DNA of 63,575 bases, counting the filler. It is 16 parts of 16 records of this genome, joined end to end, with 100 filler letters (N's around TTAATTAATTAA, not from the genome) between each part and the next. Parts side by side here need not be neighbours in the genome. Positions count along the whole stretch, not along the records: positions 1 to 3,849 come from SRR15195285_12092; positions 3,950 to 6,999 come from SRR15195285_12114; positions 7,100 to 10,469 come from SRR15195285_12116; positions 10,570 to 13,821 come from SRR15195285_12129; 12 more parts are not named here. The stretch is one strand, 5' to 3'. Both the position numbers and the translations under genes were made by a program. Below are positions 1 to 10,993 of the stretch, piece after piece. The notes beneath the pieces are model-generated. The model ran no database searches and was not told the DNA's origin. It saw only the letters and a program-made list of their open reading frames with translations. The stretch's first letter is position 1; each line of letters begins with the position of its first letter.

Positions 1-606
1 GAATTCAGGCTGGGAGTTCCACACTCTGACGTTGAGGAATATGCGTACGATGCGTCCCTCGCGGCGGCGGGATCGGAGGGCGCGAGCGAGGAGCGTACGC
101 GCGTACTGCGTAGCCACAGGAGATTTTTTTTCAGCCTGCGGCCCAGGTCTGACCGTCGTAACGTCTGACGAGTAACGGCTGGACGTAGCAACGTCTACCG
201 ACCTCAGCCTGCAGCCATCGGCGCGTCTTTCGTCTGTGCTGAGCGTGGATCCGCCAGCTGTTGCTCACTGCATTGGACTGTGGAGTCCGTCGAATCGCTG
301 CAGCGCGCGGCCACTCCAGAATTACTCCGTCAGTATGAGAGGGCCAGCGGGAAGGGCCTATCATTCGACGCCGTAGAAAGCACGAGACGGCTCAACTGTG
401 TGTTCTGCTGGCCGAGCTGGCAGCGCTGAGAGCTGACCAAGGGGCTCTTGAGCATGCTGGCTGACCTCTGAGGAGGCAGCGGATGGCACGCTGGCTGCGG
501 AAGCTGTGCGGTCAGGGATGACGCTGGCAGTGACGGACCCGCTGGCGGCTTGCTGCAGGTCTGTGCAGCTGTGACGGAGGCTTCCGGCGTCCTTTACGTG
601 CCCACG

Positions 607-3600
607 ATGTCGGGTCGGAAGCGGGGGCTCATGCACCGGATGTCGAGCCGGGTGCTAAGTGGCTCTTCGCGCAGCAATCTGGATTCCGAGCCGGACGATC
701 CTGAGACGGCATCACTCATGCGCAAGCGCAGCTTGGACAGCACGCTGGAGAGAGATATCAAGGAGATGTTCGAGTGCTTCGACGTCGACGACTCCAAACG
801 CCTGGACGCTGACGAGTTCTGCGACGCCCTCTCCATGCTGTCCATTCATCTGGATGCAGGAGGAATGCGGGCGCTGTTCGATGAGATCGACACGAGTGGT
901 GGCGGTGATCTGGAGATGGAGGAGTGGGAGACGATGATGACGCGCTCCAAGAAGATGCTGATGGGCAAGACTGGCCCTGTGGTAACACGGACCGAAGTAG
1001 CCAACGTGGTGCAGAGTATTCTAGTCGATACGGCACATCGGTCTGCGACGCGAGTTCAGGCAAACTGGAGGGGCACCACCATTCGGGGTGGCGGCGGCGG
1101 CCGGAATCGCGCGTTATCCTCACAGGAGCGACAGCAGGTCTTCCAGCATCGTCTGTCGGAGCACCGCCTAGAGAAGGCAGCCGCCCATCAGAACTGGGTG
1201 ACACATCCCGTTTCTTGGTGCCTCATACAGCCCGGACTGAAGCGGCTGGGTATCGGAACGATAACCCAGCAGCAGGCGCGCGCCATGTTTCTGATGGTCC
1301 AATCGTCAGACCAACGCGAAGGCGACCATCAGAGTGGCAAGACGGTCTCGGAGTTTTCCGCGCAGCTGTACAGCTTGCTGCTTGTTCCTGGTAAGGACGG
1401 CAACCCGCCGCTCTTCCACGCCGACGACTCGGCTGAAATCGCGCTGTGGCGCACCCTTGTCCGTCGGTATCTGTGGCTGAAGTTGATGCACAACACGATT
1501 AGTGCCAGCAAAACAATGCACGGTGCGCGCGGTCAGAGTCAGATGGTAGAGGAGGAAAAGCGAATGAAAGCTAAGATTAGACGACGGACATGCTTCTTTG
1601 AACCCGACGCCGGCTTCCGGATGCAGTGGGACCTGGTGCAAGTTTGCGTGCTTTTGCTCACCGCCGTGATTGTACCGCTTCGCGTCGGGTTCAGTGCGAT
1701 GGATGAGAGTGATCCTGTGTTCTGGTTCAGTTTTGACGCTGTGTCTGACGTATACTTCATTGTAGACATAATTATTAACTGCAGGACTGCGTACGTGGAC
1801 AGTCACCAGAAGATTGTCGCGGACTCAAAGAAGGTGTTCGCGCATTATGTGAAAACGTGGTTTTTCATCGATGTCGTGGCGTGTTTGCCGCTTAACTACA
1901 TTCTCTACATTTCCGGCTCCTTGAGTCTGCCGTGGCTCACAAACCAGGGTCCTGCTGGTGCAACAGACGCTGGTGCTGCTGATGGGATCAAAGTACTGAA
2001 GGTCCTCCGTCTACTTCGGCTGTCAAAAATGTTGCGCGTGTTGAAGCTCAAAACCATCACCGAACGGTACCGAGACTCACCATGGTATCACAATTTTTTG
2101 ACATCGTTCAAGCTGCTCAAGCTGATTATGTTGCTGCTATATTTGTCGCACTTTCTTGCTTGCTTTTGGTACTTGGTTGGGAATGCTGACGAGGAAACCT
2201 ACGCAAAGACTCGGTACGGCTGGGTGAGTAGAAACTACAACGACGGTACCTGGAACGACTACACGGGCAGCAGACCAACATCACTCGTCACGCGCTACGT
2301 CACGGCGCTCTTTCATTCACTCACCGACTTCGGGATGGAGTTCGCGGAGACAGATGTTGAGATGACCTGGATCTCGATCCAGCACATCATTTATGAAGCT
2401 TTCATGGCGTACTTGACCGGTGTTCTGGCTGGCGAGGTCATCGTCGGGAACGCAGCGAAGCAGAAGTTCTCTGAGAAGATGGGCGAGATCAGCGAGTTCA
2501 TGCAGCACCACAAGATCCATAGGAGTACACGCATGAAGGTGACGGCCTTCTACGAGCACCTGAACGCCAAGAAGACTTTTTTTGACGAGCAGGAAGTGCT
2601 GAACGAGTTTCCACCGGGTATCCGCAAGGAAATGATAGAAGAAATCTACGGTGCAAATGGTGCGCTAAGGCAGACTGCATGTTCCTCAAGCATCGTTAGT
2701 AGCTTGTTCTCAAACGTCTGTCTGGTGACTATCTTACAGTCAGGAGTGTGTGTGCTTGTTTGCCCGGTTGCATTCGATCTTATGCGTTGTGGCGGGTGTT
2801 GCATTTTCTGGTGGTCAGGCGGACGAGTCATGCAGATACCGTTCATCGAAATGTTGAACGAAAGGCTGCGGTTTGAGCTGTGTGTTCTGCTGCAGCCGTT
2901 GCCGGCTAGAAACGGGGACGTGATCATAAACCAAGGCGACTACGGGGATGAGTGAGCACCGCATCATTAGAACTCCGGATCCTTTGGCTGTTGTCATGAT
3001 CTGCCACATTGAGGTGGAAGCGCATCTTCTTGCCGGGTCCGATACGTCTGTATTTCTCCAACTGTCGCTGAGACGCAACAAACGCGCTGTGTATTGTTGC
3101 AGGATGTATATACTTGTCTCCGGTATGTGTTCTATCTTTCAGAATGAAACTTCAGCAGCTGAAACAGACAGGCAGGACAAACGGCGAAGAAGCGTCTCCG
3201 GTTTACACTTGTCTGAGGAGCTACGCCGGAGCCTGGAAGTAGTAAGTAAGAAGAGTGATCCGGATACCGTTTTTCGTGACAAGGGAGAGCGCGTGCAGGA
3301 CCTGTATGGTGGTAGTTTTTTCGGGGAGGAAGCGTTGCTGAAAGAAGAGGTGGTGCGGGAGACAACGATTATATCGCTAGCCGAATCAAACTTGCTGTAC
3401 CTCACGAGACGAAGCGTCGACACTCTTCGAGACAGGGACAAAAACGAATTCATGGAGGCGTTGAACCGGTTCGAGGAGCTGAGAGCAATACAGAAGAAGG
3501 CCTGGACAAAGCAGACTCAGCGATTTGACGAGCACATTGCCAAACTTGATTCGCCGGAGAGAGTGCGTGACTCACGCAATGAGTTTGACCGTGATCCTAC

Positions 3601-3849
3601 AGCTCACGAAATGATCAAGTTCGAGCCAATCATCTCAAGCGAGCAGAAGAAGCTAAAGGCAGAGGCGCTGGAGGCAGTGTATGCTCGCCTCTGCGTCCGA
3701 GAGCTGCCACAGGCGATGGATGCCACGTTTCATGAGTTGGGTGAGGGGTTGAGCTTGGTGTTGCGTGGGGAGCTGCAGGGCGTGGTACCGATGGTCAATG
3801 ACAAGGCAACCATAGGTGATATGATCCATAATCTGTCTCACCAAGTTGA
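607..3849 (+). CDS. KCNH/HCN-like 6TM cation channel with N-terminal EF-hand pair, IQ motif and C-terminal cyclic-nucleotide-binding domain (3' partial)
   Basis: EF loops DVDDSKRLDADE and DTSGGGDLEMEE; IQ-like VQANWRG; S1 FRMQWDL; S4 KVLKVLRLLRLSKMLR; C-linker; CNBD IINQGDYGDE-MY...GSFFGE. GT-AG introns at about 2651-2818 and 2953-3102 join the two ORFs. Confidence 0.9.
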
Positions 3850-3949
3850 NNNNNNNNNNNNNNNNNNNNNNNNNNNNNNNNNNNNNNNNNNNNTTAATTA
3901 ATTAANNNNNNNNNNNNNNNNNNNNNNNNNNNNNNNNNNNNNNNNNNNN
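3850..3949. other. Artificial contig spacer N44-TTAATTAATTAA-N44; also at 7000, 10470, 13822, 17292, 21751, 25505, 29717, 33788, 37299, 42907, 47685, 52175, 55753 and 59507 (100 nt each)
   Basis: Identical 100-nt linker with stops in all six frames, present 15 times; genes are cut at the linkers. Confidence 0.99.
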
Positions 3950-4585
3950 ATACATCCCGACGAGGTGTCTTCGTGCGAAAGTGGACGGGCGCACACGTCC
4001 AGTTTGACTGCGCTACGGGCACCGGTAGCGTAAGCGCGACGTGACTTCCCGTGCGGGAGACCTGACGAGAGCGTGGACTCTCCCATGGTGGTGGCGCTAA
4101 GCGTGCTAGTGTCACTAGAGTGCGGAAACGAAGTGCCTTTGGTCCCAAGCGGCAGTACTCGTACATCCATTCATGTGGCGGAGCATTTATCGCGGATTTC
4201 AATCTCAGATTTCTCATCCTTAGAGAGATTCATAGATTTCACGGGGAGATTAGCAAGTGTATCGGGCGTCTCAGAGGGTCACGGGGGTCTCAGATGTCTA
4301 GCTGTGAATTCACAGCGCTAGGTGGTGGCGCAGGCGGTGGAGGTGGCTCGGGCGGTACTAGGGACCTATTCGAATATATTGATTGTTTCACACGCAAAGA
4401 GTTTCGGCCAGCGGTCGACATGTGTGCTAGGTGGCGTATCCCGTCGCTTGAGGTCGGCCCACGACCCAATGCGGGGACGGGCAGCGTTGGACTAGTCCAA
4501 TGCGGGGCCGGGACGGGGCAGGGCTAGCTAGATGGGCCTTGCGCGAAAATGATACTAGGTTGCGCAAAATGATAAACATCGGACG

Positions 4586-4592
4586 AAAAAAA
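4586..4592 (-). terminator. RNA polymerase III terminator (T7) of tRNA-Val
   Basis: A7 on the + strand, 8 nt beyond the tRNA 3' end. Confidence 0.8.
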
Positions 4593-4600
4593 TGCATGTG

Positions 4601-4674
4601 TATCAACAGGGGGAATCGAACCCCCGACCTTCTGCGTGTTAAGCAGACGTCATAACCGACTAGACCATGTCGAC
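4601..4674 (-). tRNA. tRNA-Val(AAC)
   Basis: Reverse complement GTCGACA-TG-GTCTAGTCGGTTATGAC-G-TCTGC-TTAACAC-GCAGA-AGGTC-GGGGG-TTCGATT-CCCCC-TGTTGAT-A folds as a cloverleaf; no encoded CCA; A34 anticodon is the eukaryotic type. Confidence 0.96.
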
Positions 4675-4903
4675 AGTTGCATGGGCACGGCGCTGCAAAC
4701 TTTTTGTATCTAAAGTCTGATGGAGACGTCATTATCGATTCGCGCCGCCGACGGGCAGCGCTGGCCACGCACGGCACGCCGGCCGCGCGCGCCCGCGCGC
4801 CGGGCGCGCGACCGACGGCGGGAGGGCTAAGGGCAGCATCCCGGCGAGCTGCGTGCCACAGGTCGCCTCCGCGCTTGTGTGCGCCAGCACCATTGAAGCG
4901 CAG

Positions 4904-6734
4904 ATGCACACTGCCGCAGCGCAAACCACGGTACCAATCGTTCTAGCCCTGGTTGCCTGCAGTGCGCCACCAGTGGAGGTGCACGCACAGTCTACTGCCT
5001 CGAGCACGCGGGCCTCCAAATGCTCGGTGACAGAGCACGGCGCCGTGGGAGACGGGACAACTCTGGACACGGCCGCCATCGCAAAGGCCATCGAGGCCTG
5101 CGATCACGTGATCTTTCCCGCTGGCAAGCATTTTCTCACAGGTACGATCGCGCTGCGTTCGAATCTGACGCTGGAAGTCGACGGTGACATTCTTGGCGCA
5201 GCTGGCCACATCCTGACACCGCCGAAGAACCCGTTCCTCCCCAAGACCCCGTTCATGCAGACCGGCGGCTATCAGGACTACGGGCATTCCCATTGGGCCG
5301 ACTCACTGCTCTACGGCGACTCAGTCTCTGACGTGACGGTGATGGGCTCAGGCACGATCGACGGTAATGGTGCGCTGGGCCAAGGGCAACCAAAGAAGCC
5401 AGGGACAGGCTGCAAAGCCTTCGGACTGGTCGGCTCGAGTAGCGTCACGATCCAAGGTGTGTCCATCAAACATGGTGGGTGGTTCTCGATCCTCGCCACC
5501 GACTGTGAGCACCTGACTATAAGCGGCGTGACGATTGCCGCGGCACGGGACGCGATGGACATCATGGGCTGCCGACATGTGCTGATAACGCGGATGAACA
5601 TCTCCGGTGGTGGCGACGACGCCGTCAAGTTCGGCTCGGACTGGTCACGCGGGAAAACGGTCGACTCTTACAATGTAACGGTGACTAACAGCGTAGTCGG
5701 CTCGAACGGCTGCAACGCACTCCAGTTCGGCTCCGAGACGCTTGGCAACTTCCATGGCTACCGATTTGAGAACATCACCATCACGGCTGCGGGAAAGGCG
5801 GGCATCGGGATCGTGACGATGGACGGCGCGCTGATCTCGAATATTACATACAGGAACATTACGATGCAGCACACGACTAGTCCAATCTTCATGTACGTTG
5901 GTGGCCGACTCCGTAGTCCACTAAACAAGCCCGGCAACGCGGGCAACGACACACTGGTCGGTGGGATCCGCGACGTCGTCATCGAGGATGTTCATATTTC
6001 ACAAGCGCTGCGGCCGGTGAGGGTTAGACTCGCAATCGTTAAGGTAGGAATCCATCAAGAAATGGCTCAAGTTTATTGACACGAACATGGAATGCTGATG
6101 ATGTGTTGCAGGGGGACAAGCCGGAAAGAGGGCGCGGCTCCAACTACACTAGCTCACTCGAGGGGCAGCCGCCAGACCCGTCGTACGGCCTCCACACAGC
6201 ACACTCCGTCGGGCCGAACATCGCAATCAAAGGTCTCAAGATGACTCTGCCTGGTGGTGGCGACGCGGCAGATGTGTCAATTGTTCCTCCGCACATTTCA
6301 GGATCGTACCCACCGCGTTATTTGGGTGTTCGACCGGCCTATGGTTTTTTCATGCGTCGAGCAGAGGGCGTGACTCTGTCCGATGTGAGCATCATGTACA
6401 ACAGCGCCGAGCCAGAGGTGCGGCCGGGGCCCTTTCTCTCTCCCTTGCGTCTATTTGCTCTCCATACTTCTGTATTTCCGCCTTCGCATCACCTGTAGAT
6501 CCACTGCGCTCTAGGGAACTAAATACGAACTGCCCTCTGGTGCACACGCAACGCACCCTATAGGGCCGCCCTGCTTTTCTGCTCGCAGACGTCTCAAAGA
6601 TCTCACTCGGTGGGGTCGAAGCGATGCGGCCGAACACAGGGCCAGGAGTTGGTTACGATGTAGGCTTGCGTGGTGTTTGCAGTGACCTAAAAACAGGCGG
6701 CCTGGTCACAAAGCGGATCAACACTGGCGACTAA
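4904..6734 (+). CDS. Secreted GH28-like glycoside hydrolase (pectinase-type beta-helix)
   Basis: Signal-peptide-like N-terminus; HGAVGDGTTLDTAAIAKAI, FLTGTIALRSN, GSGTIDGNG, RDAMD, GDDAVK, LQFGSET. Two GT-AG introns (acceptors at 6111 and 6563); stop TAA at 6732-6734. Confidence 0.88.
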
Positions 6735-7427
6735 ATGACGTTTTCAGGGTGTGATACCATTCCACAATGCACGGGAATCTCAGTAAGCATCTGGCTGGGC
6801 ATGCAACAGTACCTCTGGTACATGAATTTAGCTGTTTTTCTGCGCCGATACTTTGGCAGCCGCGTCTAGCCCTACTCTGACTACCAATTCCACCACGCAT
6901 GCTGCGATCAGAATTCCCTGTTGGTCCATCCACCAGCCTAAATCCCATGGCTGATTTGAAACACCGAACGCCAGCACCAATGCAAAGAGCGCCCCCCCCN
7001 NNNNNNNNNNNNNNNNNNNNNNNNNNNNNNNNNNNNNNNNNNNTTAATTAATTAANNNNNNNNNNNNNNNNNNNNNNNNNNNNNNNNNNNNNNNNNNNNA
7101 TGAGACTCCGATTCTGGCTATGAGATATCATACCGAAATCCTGTACTATACTATCGGTAGGAAATCTCACAGCCAGAAAATATCGCGAATCTAAGGATCT
7201 AAGGATCCTAAAGATCGCTGACTCGTCAGGAGGGTCGGCTGAAGTTGGTGCAGAAATGTAGTATGTACTGTAGTGGTCGTCGGTGCATCGCCGGCCATCC
7301 GGCAACTTGAAGGGACCCCCCGCAGCACGCAATTGTCGACCCCGCCGCGAGCAGGTGGGGCTAGCTGGTGAGTGCCAGACCGATGGCACAATGGAGTGGT
7401 AGGTAGGTAGGCAGGTAGGCGCTCAGG

Positions 7428-8186
7428 ATGATGAGGGCGTGTTGCGCCGCACCACGCGGGGAGGCCAAGCGAGCGCGCCGGCGTGCCACGACGGCCCCAG
7501 CGGACGAAAATTTGAGGCTCAGTCCGGCGTCTGCGAACGCGAATCCACAGGTGGCACTCAGTCCCGAGCAGCAGGAGCTGAAGAAAACGATCAGTCCATC
7601 TGTCCGGGCGTCTCCAGTCGCACGCATCGACGATATCGATAGCCCGCGAAACCGATGCTCCAGTGAGCCACTTGGCGTCGAACATTTGCGCGAACGCACT
7701 GGGCGTGCAGCATTGATGTTCCGCGATATTCGCAGCCCAGCGCGCAGCACATCTCTTCTTCAGCAGCAAGAGGTCATAGCGGAGGTGGAGGAAGAGCAGG
7801 ACGCAGACGACGGCAAAGACGAGTTCGTCGAGATCGTTGTACCGTCGCTTCCGGATGAACGCGTACGCCTCGTGAACGTGCTGCTGGGCGACGGCAGCCA
7901 GGTAGAGGTGGACGTGCCCGGCGATGTACAGGTGGGCGAGACATACGTAGTGAATGTGGCCGATGAACTGCGGCGCCAGCGGCGCCAGAAGTTTTTGGAC
8001 GAGGATGCTACGCGGGCCGAACTGTTGCAAGAAATCGAGTTCTTGAGCTGGTCATTAACTGCTACCGTAGCGGCTGTAAAGATCCAAGCCTTCGTTCGGC
8101 GACGCCAGTATAGGCTGATCGTGAAGCAGAACACGGCCGCGCTGATGGACCTTATCCGCGAGGCGCGCAGCGCGCAGACTTCGTGA
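7428..8186 (+). CDS. Hypothetical protein with C-terminal IQ motif
   Basis: 252-aa ORF; AAVKIQAFVRRRQYR IQ motif; acidic linker. Start codon uncertain. Confidence 0.65.
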   Translation: MMRACCAAPRGEAKRARRRATTAPADENLRLSPASANANPQVALSPEQQELKKTISPSVRASPVARIDDIDSPRNRCSSEPLGVEHLRERTGRAALMFRDIRSPARSTSLLQQQEVIAEVEEEQDADDGKDEFVEIVVPSLPDERVRLVNVLLGDGSQVEVDVPGDVQVGETYVVNVADELRRQRRQKFLDEDATRAELLQEIEFLSWSLTATVAAVKIQAFVRRRQYRLIVKQNTAALMDLIREARSAQTS

Positions 8187-8478
8187 GAAGGGGGCGATCA
8201 ATTGACCTTCGGGGCGTGTACAGAGTACTGTAGACTGGTAGAGTACGCAACTCAGCCACAGCAGAATGGCGCTAGGTTGCGGCCGGCTATGTCATCGTGC
8301 TGCCATCGTGTTCTTGGGCCATCGGCGCACCTGACAGCGAGAGGCTAGGGGCGCGGTGCAACTTACGATAAGGTGGCCAGGCTCCTGTCGGGCGGCCACC
8401 ATGCAAGGCGGCGAGTAGATCACTTCAATAATTTCAATTTATTCACCCATGGCACAGATATACCGTCAAACATAGAGT

Positions 8479-10005
8479 CTAATTTCCTCGTCGGCAAATT
8501 TCCGCCCACTGCCCGAAAGCCCCGTTGAGCTGGCTGTCGATGTTAGAGATGAATGTGTCGCTACCGCAGCGACTGTACCAAGGTGCATACACAGCAGCAC
8601 AGCTTGGTGTGCAGTGCGACGGCAACGGCACCAGCGAGGAAGGGCAGGCATCATGCCACTCCGGGAACTGCAAGTTGTGCGCAGCGTCCACGGTGTAGCA
8701 TGGCTCGGTTGATGTGGGTCTTGCCGGCGGGGGCGGGGGCGAGGGCTCGGCCATCGATGTCTTAGGGCACAGGCGTTCAACGAGCTCGAGAGCGTTCCGT
8801 GACCGATACGTCGCACCAGACGGGCTGCGGAGCGTAGCGAAGTGGGTGTACACGTCGCGCAGTTGCCCGTTGGTAGCCTCACAGTCAAGCGTGATGCCCT
8901 CCGGCTGGTCCTCGCCAGGGGCTCGAGACACCGCCGAGGCAAAGGCCCACGCACAGATGCACCAGTGCCCCCCGACAGTGACGACCGAGGACAGATCGTT
9001 GTGGTCGTACGTGACAGAGTCGTCCAAGAATTCGCGCGACATCTCGACACAAACTTCGTGATAGCCACCATCGTTTGGATCCCAGTTGCACGAGCCAGAG
9101 CGCGTCCAGCCAGTGGGTCTGATGTCGTTAGATTGGGTGCAGGACTGGAGGTCGTCTCCGAGCAAGTTTTTGAGACCTTGGAACGGGCATGACTGGTGAG
9201 CTCCGGCCGCGATAGCCAGCGGGTCAAAGACGGCGTTGCTGCTGTAGGGTGCGCGCGGGTTGGACTGATCGAAAGCGAAGCCGTTGCCCAAGAACTGCCC
9301 GCCAATGAAGATGAAAGAGTGGTGCTCCGCGCCGTACTTGCATTGCAGATATTTGAATAGTTGGTCATTCGGCGACGGCCACACGTTCTCGGAGAAGCAC
9401 CACTCCTCGCTCTGAAAGTGCGCGCGAGCGTCCGCAGTGCAGGGACAGCCGCTCCATCCGAACAGCGCGATCGGCTCGCGGTCGATGGTGGCTTGCAGTG
9501 GGCCGGGGAATCTGGCGGGCACCTGGTTGTCGGTGATCGAGGAACAGGAGTCGCAGTTCGTGTCCGCGTGAACGGCCGCCAGCGCCTGCCGGAAGGCCGG
9601 CTCCTGCAGGCAACTCACAGTCCCGCCGCCCACCGCGGCGCGCGAGCAGCGGCTGTCGGACAGGTCTGAGAGCAGCATGAAGCCGTCTCCGACGTATTCG
9701 CCGCCGAAGTAGACGAACGAGTGCATGTTGGTCTCTGGATGAAGGCACTGCATGTAGCGGAACAACGCGCCATCCGCCGTGGCGTCCACGTTCTCGTAGC
9801 AGACGTTGTTCTGGTTCAGCCGAGCTTCGGCAGCCATGGAGCAGCGTATGCCCGGCTTGGCGATCAGCACCACCTTCTCCACCCGCGGCGATGTCGGGTC
9901 GATCTTCGCAAGGTCAAACGGACCATTGTACGTGCACCCACGCTGCGCCGCGACGCCCACCACGCCGACCACCATCGCCACCGCCCGTGCCATCATCCTC
10001 GCCAT
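8479..10005 (-). CDS. Secreted protein: two glutaredoxin-like domains + DUF2237 + Pro linker + Cys-rich tail
   Basis: Signal peptide MARMMARAVAMVVGVVGVAA; Grx-like LIAKPGIRCS...HSFVYFGGEYVGDG and LFGWSGCPCT...HSFIFIGGQFLGNG; DUF2237 pattern NLLGDDLQSC-TGWTRSGSC-HEVC-EFL-NDLS-WCICAWAF-EATN. Confidence 0.82.
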   Translation of the reverse strand: MARMMARAVAMVVGVVGVAAQRGCTYNGPFDLAKIDPTSPRVEKVVLIAKPGIRCSMAAEARLNQNNVCYENVDATADGALFRYMQCLHPETNMHSFVYFGGEYVGDGFMLLSDLSDSRCSRAAVGGGTVSCLQEPAFRQALAAVHADTNCDSCSSITDNQVPARFPGPLQATIDREPIALFGWSGCPCTADARAHFQSEEWCFSENVWPSPNDQLFKYLQCKYGAEHHSFIFIGGQFLGNGFAFDQSNPRAPYSSNAVFDPLAIAAGAHQSCPFQGLKNLLGDDLQSCTQSNDIRPTGWTRSGSCNWDPNDGGYHEVCVEMSREFLDDSVTYDHNDLSSVVTVGGHWCICAWAFASAVSRAPGEDQPEGITLDCEATNGQLRDVYTHFATLRSPSGATYRSRNALELVERLCPKTSMAEPSPPPPPARPTSTEPCYTVDAAHNLQFPEWHDACPSSLVPLPSHCTPSCAAVYAPWYSRCGSDTFISNIDSQLNGAFGQWAEICRRGN

Positions 10006-10569
10006 CTCGCCTGTGTCCTTCCGCGCAGCCCGTCCTTCCCAGCCCGCTGGGTGCACACGGCGCTGCTGTACGAGTACTAGTACGGTTGTTGAGGCCAAGC
10101 CGATCGCCGCCGAAGCAAGCGGACAAGCGGCGTCATTGCGTTCCGCGACCGATTTCGGGCTTGATCGTGCTGAAACTTGATGGAGTCGCTTTTCCTGTGG
10201 CTGGCATCGCATCATCATTCATGTGGTTCTGAACGAGTCTCGAGTGGTGCGGAGACGCACGGAATCCTCCGGCGCTTCAGCCCCTGCTAGCCTGCTTCGG
10301 AATATCACATTTCACAATATGCAACATCCGATCGGCGCCGCCGGCGGGATTCGATCCCGGGACACCGGCCACCAGACTTCTTGTATATTGTGAACACGCA
10401 AATGATCTCTGAGCGCGGCGTGCTCGACCATGCATCGAATCCCCCGCAGCTGTGACCCTGAGTCAATACNNNNNNNNNNNNNNNNNNNNNNNNNNNNNNN
10501 NNNNNNNNNNNNNTTAATTAATTAANNNNNNNNNNNNNNNNNNNNNNNNNNNNNNNNNNNNNNNNNNNN

Positions 10570-10604
10570 CGGCACCCTCTAGTTTCGGAAACTAGAGGGT
10601 GCCG
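10570..10604. repeat. Perfect 35-bp palindrome at contig start
   Basis: CGGCACCCTCTAGTTTC-G-GAAACTAGAGGGTGCCG. Confidence 0.95.
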
Positions 10605-10993
10605 GGGGTGGGCCGCGACCCTGTATTCCGCCATCTCGGCTCTGCAGCGAGCCCAATAAAATGCAGGCAGCGAGCGGGATCGATGCTATCGCTGAATTGC
10701 GCGCTGTGCTGCTGTGTCTGTGTACTATCACAGCTCAGCTCTGGAGTGGAGGGATACAGTAAGCAACGGGAAGGATACAGTGGGCAACGAAATGGGACAA
10801 ACGAGCGGAATAGCCACAATTCAGCGATACTATTGCACCACCGACAGCGACTGGAGTCGACGTTGTTGTCAAGTGGGTCGTATAAACACAGCTAGCAGGA
10901 GCGCGTGTAGCATCATGTTGTGGCATAGTGCAAAACTCAAACTGGGCCGTGCATGCATGCGGCAATGGGGTGCAGAAATCGGAAGGCTGTTGC

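Noticed and set aside
3850-3949. Recurring TTAATTAATTAA as a biological repeat or CRISPR-like array
   Set aside because: Always centred in exactly 44+44 Ns; it is a synthetic six-frame-stop contig linker.
3950-4087. Possible gene start on the - strand (CCACCATGG, MGESTLSSG)
   Set aside because: Only about 45 codons before the contig end and no recognisable motif.
7191-8030. Long antisense or shadow ORFs (also 8466-9368, 12192-12998, 13866-14717, 17407-18375, 48248-49105)
   Set aside because: They overlap better-supported genes, show no motifs and are expected in GC-rich DNA.
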